From Octopus vulgaris (Eukaryota): a DNA stretch of 64,000 nucleotides. A model generated the notes under the pieces. It was not told the DNA's origin. It saw only the letters and a program-made list of their open reading frames with translations, and did no database searches. The translations under genes were made by a program, and so were the position numbers. How positions within the stretch are numbered: the first letter of the stretch is position 1; every line of letters begins with the position of its first letter. Positions 12,880-26,404 of the stretch are shown piece after piece. The stretch lies in NCBI GenBank assembly GCA_951406725.2, contig OX597824.1, positions 34,348,001-34,412,000 on the forward strand. The letters are read 5' to 3'.

Positions 12880-13860
12880 AGGGAAATTCGGAGTGAACTT
12901 AAAGAGTTTGATGAGGACTACAATTTACTGGTTCAGATAATTAAAAGTTGCAAGTGGAAGATAAGAGCAGATAGGAGCTTGACAGAAGAATCTTGGAGGA
13001 AATGAACAAGATGCTAGAAAAATGGAAAACTATGAATCACCTGAAGTATTCCATGTTCTGCAAAGCAATCAGACAGCAGGTGCTGATGCAAGCTGCAGAA
13101 GAAAGGAAAAGTCTAATAACCTGCAAGAGAGATAGCACTTAAAAACCAAGACGTTCAGGGTGACAGACAATCGGGAGATGGAAGACATATGCAAAACCTT
13201 CTACCTTAACTTTTATAAATCATCAGTGAAGCTTTATCCTCCACCATCACAAATGTTGGAAGAAGTGCCACTTATTCTGGTCTGTGAAATTGAAACTTCC
13301 TTCAAACTAATAGAAACAGATAAAGCTCCTGGGGAAGAGGGCATAACAGGAGAAATGTTAAAGTGCAGAGGCGAAGAGCTATGGAAAAGCCTTGTTCAAA
13401 GCTTCAGTTGCTGTCTGAAGGAGGGTAAAATACCTGCACTATGGAAAGAGTTGAATACCATCTTGCTTCATAAGAAGGGTAATGAAGAAGAATTAATCCT
13501 TTAGCATATAAACAGACCATATCAGGCCCAAATAATCTTTCTGTTTTATGATCCGACCTTTCACACCTGTCCTACAATGTCGTTCTAAAAATAAAGAATC
13601 ACACACTATTGAAATCTTGAAGTTTTGAGATACTGCAAGATTAATTCTCAAGAACAAGAATAAATAAGCATTACATTTGATAGAGTAATCTGAATGCTAA
13701 AGGGTTAAAAAAAACAACAAAAAAACTTGCACCCCATATGATTTTTCTCTGTTTACAAAGGTCATTGTCACCAGACTATTGAAACACCTCAATGACCTGT
13801 ATCAGAGTGAGTCACCAGGTTTCTGTAAGACCTACCGTGCAATAGTTGGAATCAGTAAAA
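12880..13860 (+). mobile_element. LINE RT N-terminal fragment interrupted by a TTAA MITE
   Basis: DKAPGEEGITGEML...IPALWKELNTILLHKKG; the homology appears to resume after 13708. Confidence 0.75.
13497..13704 (-). mobile_element. piggyBac-type MITE (about 210 bp)
   Basis: TTAA on both sides; ends (T/C)CCTTTAGCAT / ATGCTAAAGGG. Confidence 0.8.
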
Positions 13861-14059
13861 GAATTTAAAATAAAGACTATTCTAATTATAGTCCTGAAAT
13901 CACTCTCCTTTCAGTACTTTTTACTTGCAAACAATTCATCAACATAAATCATCACTGGAATATATACCATATTGGATGGCATGAAAAATGTATGAACATA
14001 TTAGATGCACCTCAATTTCAGTGACACATATTGAGAGGAAAATTGTTTTAGAGCCTTAA

Positions 14060-14279
14060 CCCTTTAGCATTCAGATTATTCTCTCAAATGTAATGCTTAT
14101 TTATTCATATTGTTTTGAATTAATCTTGCATTATCTTCTAGCTTTGGCATTTTGACGATGTGATTGTTTATTTCCAGGATGACATTGTTGGGTAGGTGTG
14201 AGAGGCCAGATCTGATTGGTTTGAACATAAAATAGGTAAAATATCTGGACTGTGTATGGCTGGCTTAAATGCTTAAGGG
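14060..14279 (+). mobile_element. piggyBac-type MITE, same family, opposite orientation
   Basis: TTAA-CCCTTTAGCATT...AATGCTTAAGGG-TTAA. Other copies at about 6575-6764, 31241-31452, 33392-33604, 43043-43245 and 57376-57596; partial copies at 49860-49930 and 58620-58693. Confidence 0.85.
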
Positions 14280-14846
14280 TTAAAACTTGTGGTAAACCCA
14301 ACATGGCATACAGGACCCAGAGTGGGTGTTTTGAAACTTTTTTTCTTTTTGGAAAGAAGTGCATTTTATATACCATTAAGTACAGTGTATTGATTCGTCA
14401 AACAGACACACATGTGTCTATATTTCATATATTTGCATGATATATGCAATATTTATTGTTTATATATATGATTGACTGATAATTCCAAAAGTTTTTTTTC
14501 TCTCTCTGTTTATTTCTTTGTGTTCCTTCCTGTTGAAGAGCATAGGCTCGAAACGTAAAAGACTTTCTCACCTTCCCGAGCATCAAACTAATACACCTGC
14601 TTGTTGTTTATACACCTGTCTTCATCTTTTGTTTTTCTGTAAATTTCAATTATATATATATATATAAAGTCCCACCCATGCCAGTAATGAAGGTGGACAT
14701 TAAGTGATGAGGATATATATATATCTGTATGTAGAAGAGACATTTTATTTATCCATTGATATACTTGTAGATGATATATAGATATCTAAGGAAAAAGATG
14801 TATGAAATTAACCATTGATGGGGTTTTTTTTGTTTTTTTTTTTCAG

Positions 14847-15045
14847 GCCTTATATGAAATTGTTTTAGGTGTGAAAATATCTGTTGCTGGATTCCCAGGA
14901 AAACGAGATGAGCAGTCTTTGATCGTTATGAATCACCGCACTCGGCTGGACTGGTTGTTTGCATATTCTTTTATGTTACGTTGTGGATCTCTTAGGCATT
15001 TGAAGATAGTTTTAAAATCTGGCTTAAAAAAAATTCCTGGTGCCG
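14847..15045 (+). CDS. LCLAT1: LCLAT1 coding exon 2 (acyltransferase motif I NHRTRLD)
   Basis: polyT-CAG acceptor; ALYEIVLG...MNHRTRLDW...LKKIPGA; donor GTAAGT; 199 nt, ends phase 1. Confidence 0.95.
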
Positions 15046-15999
15046 GTAAGTACAGATGATTTGTGTATATTAGGAAATATGCATTAAGTAGTGCATTGTT
15101 TATAAGAGTGACAAAATGAGGTATATGTATAGATGAATCATTGTGTTGTTTGTATAAAGTGGACCTTTATGATATAAGATATTGCAATTGAAAGGCTGCT
15201 TTATATGCAATGAAGAAGTTTGTAATAATTTGGACTCAATGTCATTCTTGAAGTATTTGCTAATGGATCAGTAGAAGATGTAGAAATACAAAGTAAGAAA
15301 GGGGATAGCTTAAAATATAACAGTATTTACTTTGTGTTTACTTCGACATATGTTAGCACTGATATAAAGTGATCATTGTCAAAAGATTATACATTCTGCT
15401 CTGTCAGATATAGTAAATGACAGTTTTTTTTCTTGAAGTCTGTTGAGAAATAACAGTATTGGTATTTTATCAGCAAGTTTATATATTTTCATTTAATCAT
15501 TAAAGAAATTAATAATTATCTTGAAAAAATGGCAGGAATGGCAAAAACCTTATAATGCTGGACAGTATACAATACTGATCAGAATTATGAATACAAAGAA
15601 GAAATTTAGCATTATTTTAAATATGTTTTGATATAAAATAAAAAGTAGATATTGAAAGTATGTATTTTGATATGTGAATGATGAAATATTTCTTAATTTC
15701 ATCTCCAGTTTGACATTCCTGGGACCTCAATATTTTATAAATTTACGAAATTTCCATTTAAAAAAAGAACTCAAATTGTTTTCCATAGGAGGGGACTCAG
15801 GTTCAGGAAGGTACCAACATAGTTAAATATTTCTTGGTCCTGTCCTGAAAGCTTCATCTTATTTTTGTCAGACAAATGAACATAAATCATTTGGCATAGC
15901 AGGCAGTCTTCATACCAGAAATCATCAAACTGATTGTATGATTCATCACTTTTATGTTATATCTCCATTTACATCTAGCAATGCCATACAAGCACTGAT

Positions 16000-16780
16000 A
16001 CCTGCAACAGTAAAATGCAGCACTGACATGGTAACAGGTCAGTTGCAGTTTCAAGGTACCCATGGAAAAACGTTCAGGATCATTTATAATTTTGTAGGGA
16101 CCATAAAAATTGGACTGTGTAGGATTGGTTTAAAGTCATGTTTAGTGCAAACTGTTAAACAGTCTGCATTTCCTACTCCTTTAATTTGTTGTCCAACAAA
16201 CTCAAGCATAGCCTCATGTATACACTTACAAGAGTCAAGCATTATGAATCCATTATTATACAGGGACCATTTCAGCAAAGGGAAGAGCTGGTATTTGAAT
16301 AATACCTCAAAGTGCACTAAACTCTAAAACATACTGGTATATTCTGGAGACATTGTTATTCACATAACTAGCTATAATAACTACTGTATTCCAACAGGAG
16401 GTACATCCTGCCATTCTACAAAATGCATAAAAGGTAGGTTTAGATCTCTTGATCTGAGCCCTAGAGAAAAATGTCTGCTGATTGTGTGAAAAAGAAAATT
16501 GCAGATTTCAATGCTTTAGCAATTCTGGATTAAAAAGAGAAGACAAGTTTGAACACAGGAAATAATGCTAAACTACTACAAAAAGCACATCTGACCACCT
16601 TGCTGCGCTGTTGGAGGCAAAGGAGGAGGTGCTATTCCAAGTGTAACATTTTGTAAACTGTTCTCAAGTTTTCTACTTATTTGATTAGAAAATACATTTC
16701 TTGTTTCCGTCTACATTATCATTTACAATATAAAACCATGTTTTTATCAATGTATTCAGACTTTTGAACATGACTATATA
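16000..16780 (+). mobile_element. Highly decayed Tc1-like relic
   Basis: An SLDLSP.E-like remnant near 16445 and a Tc1-like right end (...CAGACTTTTGAACATGACTATA). Confidence 0.35.
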
Positions 16781-17276
16781 AATGGGCCAAAGTTCAAAAT
16801 CAATGTTTACTGCAAACAATATATTCTACTACTTACTCTATTGTATAATGTGAGAAGGATAGTGAAGTAGTCTTTTTTTTTTTCTATTTTCTGCTCTCTG
16901 GCTGAACAGAAATTGATCTTATTGATTTATTTACTTAGTAAACCTGATGTGTGACATTGTAACTGATTCAAGTGTTTTAACATTTGCAGTTCATCTGTCA
17001 AGCAGATTCTATGCTCATGTGCTCCTCACTTTAAATATTGTATTTAAATATTTATTAAACGTATATGCCTGTTTTTGCATTGATCAGAAGGAAAAATCAT
17101 TAAAAAGGCTTATGAAAACTTAGTGAAATCTAATCATTATTTTGGAAACATTACAAAATATGTTTTGTATTTGTTTTAAACTAATCTTAGTATCAAAATT
17201 AGGTCATTTTTGTGTTTGTATTAAGCTAATCTTAATATTAAAATTAGCAACTTAATTAATTTTCTTTATCATTTAG

Positions 17277-17389
17277 GCTGGGCCATGCAATGTTTGGTGC
17301 TAATATTCCTGGATAGAAAATGGACCAGTGATGAAATCTTACTTGATAAATACCTTAATTATTTTAAGGCTTTAAACTACCCAACACAG
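17277..17389 (+). CDS. LCLAT1: LCLAT1 coding exon 3 (motif II IFLDRKW); absent from the ORF track
   Basis: TTTAG acceptor; (G)WAMQCLVLIFLDRKWTSDEILLDKYLNYFKALNYPTQ; donor GTAAGT; 113 nt, phase 1 to 0. Confidence 0.95.
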
Positions 17390-17946
17390 GTAAGTTTCTT
17401 AACTAAAATTAAAATTGTTGGATAAAATTTAGTTTCATCTTTGTTAATATACCTAGGGGAACATGTCTTGTACAGTTTATTTTAATATGGTTTCTACAGC
17501 TGATTTCCCTTCCCAACACCAACCACTCTAAGGTGTGTGCTGGGTCTATTTTTACCATGACATGGAATCTAGTTGTCATATCTTCAACCACACAAGACAA
17601 GAGAGTTCTTTTGAATTCATGGTGTCTCCATTTGTTAACCAACAATTTTACAAGGTGTACTGGATACAGTGTATTGTGGCACCAATATGAGAGAGGTTAC
17701 TTTGCATTCAAGACCAAGGCAGTATCCTCCTCATTGCTCTACAATTGCCCCGTTCGTTAAGGATGTGACCAATAGAATAGGTAGAAAGGAGGGCAATTGC
17801 TGATAAATAAAGGTGAGAAGGAGAAAGAAGAGCGAGAAAGAGTTGATGGAGGAAACAGAGGGGTGGGGAGAGGACTACTAATGTAGAAGAGGAGAGGGGT
17901 AATGAGAGAAAGAATGCTAGAGGCACAATGAAGAGTTATGGCATGG

Positions 17947-18154
17947 TAAGGCAGCGAGCTGGCAGAAACGTTAGCATGCCGGGCGAAATGCCTAGCGGTA
18001 TTTCGTCTGCCGTTACGTTCTGAGTTCAAATTCTACCGAGGTCGACTTTGCCTTTGATCCTTTTGGGGTCGATTAAAATGTAAACGACTTAATCCGTTTG
18101 TCTGTCCTTGATTGTTCCCTCTGTGTTTAGCCCCTTGTGGGTAGTAAAGAAATA
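17947..18154 (+). mobile_element. tRNA-derived SINE family B copy
   Basis: Head GGCAGCGAGCTGGCAGAA...GAGTTCAAATTC and tail GTGGGTAGTAAAGAAATA. Copies at 18956-19185(-), 34319-34540(-), 59501-59720(+) and 63583-63797(-). Confidence 0.8.
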
Positions 18155-18188
<34 letters not shown>

Positions 18189-19214
18189 AGCAGGAATTTC
18201 ATACAGAGTACTATGGATACTCTGGAGGAGTTTCAGGATTACAAACAGGCTGTAGCTGTCTAAGACAAGTAGCACTAGAAGTACCCATGTGATCTATTTA
18301 GCAGTAAATGTGACTGCTCTCAAAAATGAAGTAAAGACAGGTCAGAAAGATTTTATCTCTGCTCACAACAAAGGACTCCCCACTACAATGAAAGGGCAGA
18401 TTATATGATGTTTGTGTTTGAAGTGCAACACTGCAAGGAAGTGAGATGTTGGCATTGAGCACAGAGAATTGAGAATGGCGTTAGGAAGGGCATCCAGCTG
18501 TAGAAACACTGCCAGATCAAACTGGGCCTGGCGCAGCCTTCTGGCTTCCCAGACCCCAGTTGAACCGTCCAACCAATGCTAGCATGGAAAACAGATGTTA
18601 AACGATGATGATGATGATGATAAAGGAAAGAGAGGTAGTATGTAAGAGAGAAGACTTTGTTACTACAGGTATGTGATGTAGATGGAGGATGAACAACTGT
18701 ACAAGGAAATACCAAAAATGCAAAGTGAATAGAACCTATGGAAGAGGAGATCAAAGGAAAATTTAAGGTAAAGAGGTGAAGACAGATCTCAAGATGTTGC
18801 ATCTTCTGAAGGAAATGACTAAGAACTGTAATGAGTGGCAACATCACATTATCAGCACTGACCATTTCTACAACTTTCCATCACTCACTCACTTTTAAAC
18901 ATGTAGCTGCCAGCAGTGTTTCTCTACCATCATTACTGCGATTCTCATTATACCTGTTTCTTTACTACCCACAAGGGGCTAAACACAGAGAGGACAAACA
19001 AGGACAGACAAACGGATTAAGTCGATTATATCGACCCCAGTGCGCAACTGGTACTTAATTTATCGACCTTGAAAGGATGAAAGGCAAAGTCGACCTCGGC
19101 GGAATTTGAACCCAGAACATAACGGCAGACGAAATACGGCTACGCATTTCGCCAGGCGTGTTAACGTTTCTGCCAGTTCGCCACCTATATATATATATAT
19201 ATATATATATAATG

Positions 19215-19555
19215 TGTGTGTAAACAGTTAGCAGTTATAATAGCCAAATTAGGGATAAAATATCTATATATACTATTGGTATCCATTACCCGTATTATCC
19301 CTGGGCACTGGTGTGCAGGCACACCATGCATGTGGAGTGCAGGTAACAACGGGATAAACAAGAGTTTATCAGGAACCAATGCAAATAATCCTTTCTTTTA
19401 GCCTCTCTGGGCCAGCCTCTTAGCTTTTGAGGCACCATCTACAATTTTTGTTGCAGTTAGTCTAATTTTTAAATCTGATCCTGGTTTCCATGTTTTTATG
19501 AGATGATAGATAGTGGCAAGTTTACTTTTTCTTGTGGTGAAGTTGCACTTTATAT
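19215..19555 (-). mobile_element. Degenerate PLE reverse transcriptase fragment
   Basis: LATIYHLIKTWK...IRL...VMDTNSIY...IPNLAI resembles the PLE P..Y.L.K.HK..RPI...SLDV.SLYTNIP pattern. A second copy lies at 29770-30260(-). Confidence 0.55.
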
Positions 19556-19714
19556 ATATAATATTGGCTTGCTTCCTTACCACATGGTTCCAGGTTCAGT
19601 CCCACTGCATGGCACTTTGGGCAAGTGTCTTCTACTATAGCCTTGGGCCAACCAAAGACTTATGAGTGGACTTGGTAGATGGAAACTGAAAAAACCCCAT
19701 TGTATGTATGTATG

Positions 19715-19750
<36 letters not shown>

Positions 19751-19867
19751 ATATATATATTAGAAGATTTGGAGGTGATGTACAGGTATTATATATTAGA
19801 AGAAATAAAGTACTCAGAAATATTTACAGATTTTTATTAATATGTCACATGTTTTTATAAATTATAT

Positions 19868-19906
19868 ATTAGCGCTTGCATCTACTCTAGTAGACTCTTC
19901 AGATTT
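19868..19906 (-). ncRNA. Decayed minimal hammerhead motif
   Basis: CUGAAGA-GUCUAC-UAGA-GUAGAU-GCAA-GCGC-UA; GAAA is mutated to GCAA and the AGCGCU segment is palindromic. Confidence 0.5.
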
Positions 19907-20010
19907 GAATGTGTTTGAGATGATTCCTCTCTTTTTATAGCATTATTGAGTGTGTGGGGGTGGGGAGAGATATAGGATAGTAAAAGAGGGTGAAGAATGG
20001 GGAGAAAGTG

Positions 20011-20740
20011 AGAGAGAGTGTGTGTGTCTGTGTATCTGAAAGGAGTGTCAATGGAAAAGAGAAGGGAAGAGAGAAAGAAGAAAAAATGTGTTTACATCTT
20101 TACAGCTGGTCAGTTCTTTCAATAGAAAGTGATGAGTTGATTCTTGGCCTTTAAAAATGGTAAAACCAGGTGGCTACTCTGAGGGGGTCTTGATAAAAGT
20201 TATTTTTCAAAAAATTGTCTGGATTTATTTTCATCATTGTCCAGCGAGAGAGAGTGTGTGTGCCTGTGTATCTGAATGGCGTGTCAATGGAAAAGAGAAG
20301 GGAAGAAAGAAGAAAAAATGTGTTTAGGGTCTTGACAGAAGAAAAAATTGTGTTTACATCTATACAGCTGTTCAGTTCTTTCAATAGAAGATGACAAATT
20401 GATTAATAAGTTATTTTTCAAAAAATTGTCTGGATTTATTATTGTCATTGTCCAGTGAGAGAGAGAGAGAGAGAGTGTGTGTGTGTGCGCACACCTGTGT
20501 ATCTGAAGGGAAGAAAGAAGAAAAATGTGTTTACATCTTTACAGCTTGTCATTTCTTTCAATAGAAAGTAATGAGTTGATTATTGGCCTTTAAAATGACA
20601 AAACTGGGTGGCTACTCTAAGTGGGGTCTTGATAGAAGAAAAAATTGTGTTTACATTTGTACAGCTGTTCAATTGTTTCAATGGATGATGACAAGTTGGT
20701 TAATAAGTTATTTTTCAAAAAATTGTCTGGATTTATTATC
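20011..20740. repeat. Imperfect tandem array of about 3 units of roughly 230 bp with shuffled internal blocks
   Basis: Repeated GAGAGAGTGTGTG...TGTGTTTACATC...TTCAATAG...AAAAATTGTCTGGATTTATT blocks. Confidence 0.8.
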
Positions 20741-20952
20741 ATCATCATCATCTTCCTTGTCCAATGTTTGACTTCTCGTGCTGGAATGGGTTGGAAAATC
20801 TGGATGTAAGATTGTTTCTATTTATGTATATGTACATATGTATAGTACTGTGTGTGTGTATGTTTAATACAAAGTTACAGTTTACTTTACAAAATTGGTC
20901 CTTCATACAGTACAAATCATTATAGAAGTAGTGATATTTCACCAGTCACAGC

Positions 20953-21003
<51 letters not shown>

Positions 21004-21247
21004 TTCAAGAGGAATGAAGATAGGAACAATTCTTTACAAACCTGAAGATATTAGGATGGATAATAATGTACAAGGGAAAGTGTCTTGTGAAGGAGTTCGA
21101 TGAAACAGATATGCATACAAATTCTTGTGCATCGTGAGGACATTATTATAGAGACTAAGCTAATAGTTCCAGATAGGTTTGCCAAACTATATGGCAAGAA
21201 ACATAAAAGAAACTTACTCCCCATTCCTCACCCTCTTTTACTATCCT

Positions 21248-21708
<461 letters not shown>

Positions 21709-21712
<4 letters not shown>

Positions 21713-22145
21713 TGTTATATTTCGGAATGGTCATATTGCCAGTTTAGCCAATAAAAACACACGCACTATATATTTGGTGTTATTTTGCTTCAGTGATATT
21801 TATTTTTTACATTAATCTTAATCTTATTTCGGCCAAAGTTCTTTCGTCACACTCCTGTGACCGCATCAGTGGTCCTTTGTTTTCTTCTCACTTACTTGTG
21901 TCTCTCCTTACTAACCGTCAGCTGACGGTTAGTAAGGAGAGACACAAGTAAGTGAGAAGAAAACAAAGGACCACTGATGCGGTCACAGGAGTGTGACGAA
22001 AGAACTTTGGTCAAATAAGATTAAGATTAATGTAAAAAATAAATATCACTGAAGCAAAATAACACCATTCCGAAATATAACAATATCTGTTTCAACACAC
22101 GACTTCACATAAAAAATCTTGCACAACAAATATTTAAACGTACTA
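21709..22145. repeat. Fold-back palindrome of a PLE-type unit (family X), about 146-bp arms, centre 21921/21922
   Basis: 21775-21921 pairs with 21922-22067 with no spacer. A non-folded homologue lies at about 25213-25480. Confidence 0.9.
21969..22012 (+). ncRNA. Minimal type I hammerhead motif (mirror copy at 21831-21874 on -, paralog at 25264-25307)
   Basis: GACCA-CUGAUGC-G-GUCAC-AGGAGU-GUGAC-GAAA-GAAC-UU-UGGUC. The paralog has the canonical CUGAUGA. Confidence 0.65.
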
Positions 22146-22467
22146 TGTGTATATATATATGTGTATATATGTATATATATATATGTGTATATATGTATAT
22201 ATATATGTGTATATATGTATATATATATATGTGTATATATGTATATATATATGTGTATATATGTATATATATATGTGTATATATATATGTGTATATATGT
22301 ATATATATATATGTGTATATATGTATATATATATATGTGTATATATGTATATATATATATGTGTATATATATATGTGTATATATGTATATATATATATGT
22401 GTATATATGTATATATATATATGTGTATATATGTATGTGTATATATGTATGTGTATATATGTATATA

Positions 22468-22508
<41 letters not shown>

Positions 22509-23323
22509 ATATATGTATATATATATATGTGTATATATGTATGTGTATATATGTATGTGTATATATGTATGTGTATATATGTATGTGTATATATGTATAT
22601 ATATATGTGTGTATATATGTATATATATATGTGTGTATATATGTATATATATATATGTGTATATATATATATATATATATGTGTATATATGTATGTATAT
22701 ATATATGTGTATATATGTGTATATATGTATATATATATATGTGTATATATGTATGTATATATATATGTGTATATATGTATGTATATATATATGTGTATAT
22801 ATGTATGTATATATATATGTGTATATATGTATGTATATATATATGTGTATATATGTATGTATATATATATGTGTATATATGTATATATATATGTGTATAT
22901 ATGTATATATATGTGTGTATATATATATGTATATATGTGTATATATATATGTATATGTGTATATATATATGTATATATGTGTATATATATATGTGTATAT
23001 ATATATGTATATATGTGTATATATATATGTATATATGTGTATATATATATGTATATATGTGTATATATATATATGTATATATATATATGTATATATATAT
23101 ATGTATATGTATGTATATATATATATGTGTATATGTATGTATATATATATATGTGTATATGTATGTATATATATATATGTGTATATATATGTATATATAT
23201 ATATGTATGTATATATATATGTGTATATATATATGTATATATATATGTATATATATATATATATGTGTATATATATATGTGTATATATATATATGTGTAT
23301 ATATATATATGTGTATATATATA

Positions 23324-23418
<95 letters not shown>

Positions 23419-23419
23419 G

Positions 23420-23467
<48 letters not shown>

Positions 23468-23485
23468 GTATATGTATATATATGT

Positions 23486-23533
<48 letters not shown>

Positions 23534-23671
23534 GTATATATATGTATATATATGTATATATATGTATATATATGTATATATATATATATGTATATGTATA
23601 TATATGTATATATATGTATATGTATATATATGTATATATATATATATATGTATATGTATATATATGTATAT

Positions 23672-23703
<32 letters not shown>

Positions 23704-23798
23704 GTATATATATGTATATGTATATATATGTATATATATGTATATGTATATATATGTATATGTATATATGTATATGTATATATATGTATATGTATATG

Positions 23799-23864
<66 letters not shown>

Positions 23865-23880
23865 GTATATATATGTATAT

Positions 23881-23978
<98 letters not shown>

Positions 23979-23982
23979 GTAT

Positions 23983-24021
<39 letters not shown>

Positions 24022-24114
24022 GTATATATATATATGTGTATGTATATATGTATATATATATATATGTGTATGTATATATGTATATATATATATATGTATA
24101 TATATGTGTATATA

Positions 24115-24166
<52 letters not shown>
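22144..24166. repeat. About 2-kb compound (TA)/(TG) microsatellite
   Basis: Seen directly; this is the source of the long Y/I/M/C/H/T pseudo-ORFs. Confidence 0.98.
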
Positions 24167-24167
<1 letters not shown>

Positions 24168-24369
24168 TCTTTACTCTTTTACTTGTTTCAGTCATTTGAC
24201 TGCGGCCATGCTGGAGCACCGCCTTTAGTCGATCAAATCGACCCCGGGACTTATTCTTTGTAAGCCTGGTACTTATTCTCTCGGTCTCTTTTGCCGAACC
24301 GCTAAGTGACAGGGACATAAACACACCAGCATCGGTTGTCAAGCAATGCGAGGGGGACAAACACAGACA

Positions 24370-24459
<90 letters not shown>

Positions 24460-24630
24460 TACATATATACGACAGGCTTCTTTCAGTTTTCGTCTACCAA
24501 ATCCACTCACAAGGCATTGGTCGTCCCGGGGCAATAGCAGAAGACACTTGCCCAAGATGCCACGCAGTGGGACTGAACCCGCAACCATGTGGTTGGTTAG
24601 CAAGCTACTTACCACACAGCCACTCCTGCG
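24167..24630 (-). mobile_element. tRNA-derived SINE family A copy (central TA/TG tract, ...GACTGAAACAAGTAAAAGAG tail)
   Basis: Head GCAGGAGTGGCTGTGTGG...GGTTCAGTCCC. Near-identical copies at 33853-34258(-), 40491-40914(+), 44381-44778(+), 47772-48188(-), 52081-52427(-) and 53241-53461(+, internally deleted). Confidence 0.9.
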
Positions 24631-24834
24631 ATATAAATTTAACATTCACTCTATGCTGATTGGTGATACAGTATGGGTAGATTTTCGAAATTCAATGAAT
24701 CTTTATACATTTATAGTTAGGGAATTATACAAATATACTTTTTCAAGGAGATATGATAAGCCTATTATAATGGGTAATACTACATGTACTTTTTATATTT
24801 TTTATATTGTAATGTAATCTTTGGACTAACAATG

Positions 24835-24927
24835 TTTGCGACTGAAGAGAGCTTTAAACCATCTTTTATATTAATACACTGATGTAATAACGGATTGTTT
24901 ATAAAGCTTGAAACACGTGTACCGTGA
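24835..24927 (+). ncRNA. Type I hammerhead motif with long stem II
   Basis: UUGCGA-CUGAAGA-GAGCUUUA...UAAAGCUU-GAAA-C-ACGU-GUA-CCGUGA. ACACGUGU is palindromic; there is one stem I mismatch. Confidence 0.7.
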
Positions 24928-25740
24928 TATCCTTTGTGTTCTGTTTTTAAATAATATTTTATATATATATATACATACATACATACATACATGTGTGTGT
25001 ACATATAAAGAGAAAACAACAACGCGAGGACGTGGAACAAGTACGGTATTATTGGACGCTCATGAAAGAAGGAGGGTTTAACGTTTCGAGCGGAGCTCTT
25101 CGTCAAGAAACATAGGAAGAGGAAAGATCCAAAAAAGGGAAGACATATATATGTGTGTGTATATGTGTTTGTGTGTAATAAAGACGCACAGTAGGAATAC
25201 GAAATACAAAATGGCTGACCGTTATTAAGGAGAGACACACAAGTAAAAAAGAAGAGAGCAAAGGACCACTGATGAGGTCACAGAAGTGTGAGGAAAGAAT
25301 TTTGGCCGAAATAAGATTAAGATTAATGTAAAAAATAAATAAAGCTGAAGCAAATTAACACCACATATATAGTGTGTGGGTTTTTATTGGCTAAACTGGC
25401 AACATAACCATTCCTAAATACAACAACATCTGTTTCAACACACGATTTCACATCAAGAATCTTGCAAAACAAATATGTAAACATATATACATATATATAT
25501 ATATTTGTGTATGTATGTATGTATATATATATATATATATATATAATCCAAACAGAAAACACAACAATGTGAGGACGTGGAGCAAGTATAGTGTTATTGG
25601 ATGCTCAGGAAAGGAAATAAAGGAGGATTTAATGTTTTGAGCGGAGCTCCTTATCAGAAACATAGAAAAAGGAAAGATCCATGGAAGGGAAGACGGAGGA
25701 AAAGAAATCACCAACGATACATACGCGGTCACATATTGAA

Positions 25741-25792
25741 TGTATATATATATACATGTATGTATGTATGTATATATATACATGTATGTATG

Positions 25793-25823
<31 letters not shown>

Positions 25824-25875
25824 TGTGTATATATGTATGTATACATGTATGTACTTGTGTATATATATATATGTG

Positions 25876-25962
<87 letters not shown>

Positions 25963-25963
25963 T

Positions 25964-26012
<49 letters not shown>

Positions 26013-26248
26013 ACATGTATGTATATGTGTATATATATATATATGTACATGTATACATGTGTTATATATATATATATATATATACATGTATCTATATATA
26101 TGTATCTATATGTGTATATATATATATATATATACATGTATGTATTTGTGTGTATATATATATGTGTGTGTATATATATATATATATATATGTATACATG
26201 TATGTATATGTGTATATATATATATATGTATGCATATGTATACATGTG

Positions 26249-26279
<31 letters not shown>

Positions 26280-26296
26280 CTATATATATGTATCTA

Positions 26297-26341
<45 letters not shown>

Positions 26342-26354
26342 CTATATATATGTA

Positions 26355-26400
<46 letters not shown>
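25741..26400. repeat. Compound (TA)n microsatellite
   Basis: Seen directly. Confidence 0.97.
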
Positions 26401-26403
<3 letters not shown>

Positions 26404-26404
26404 G

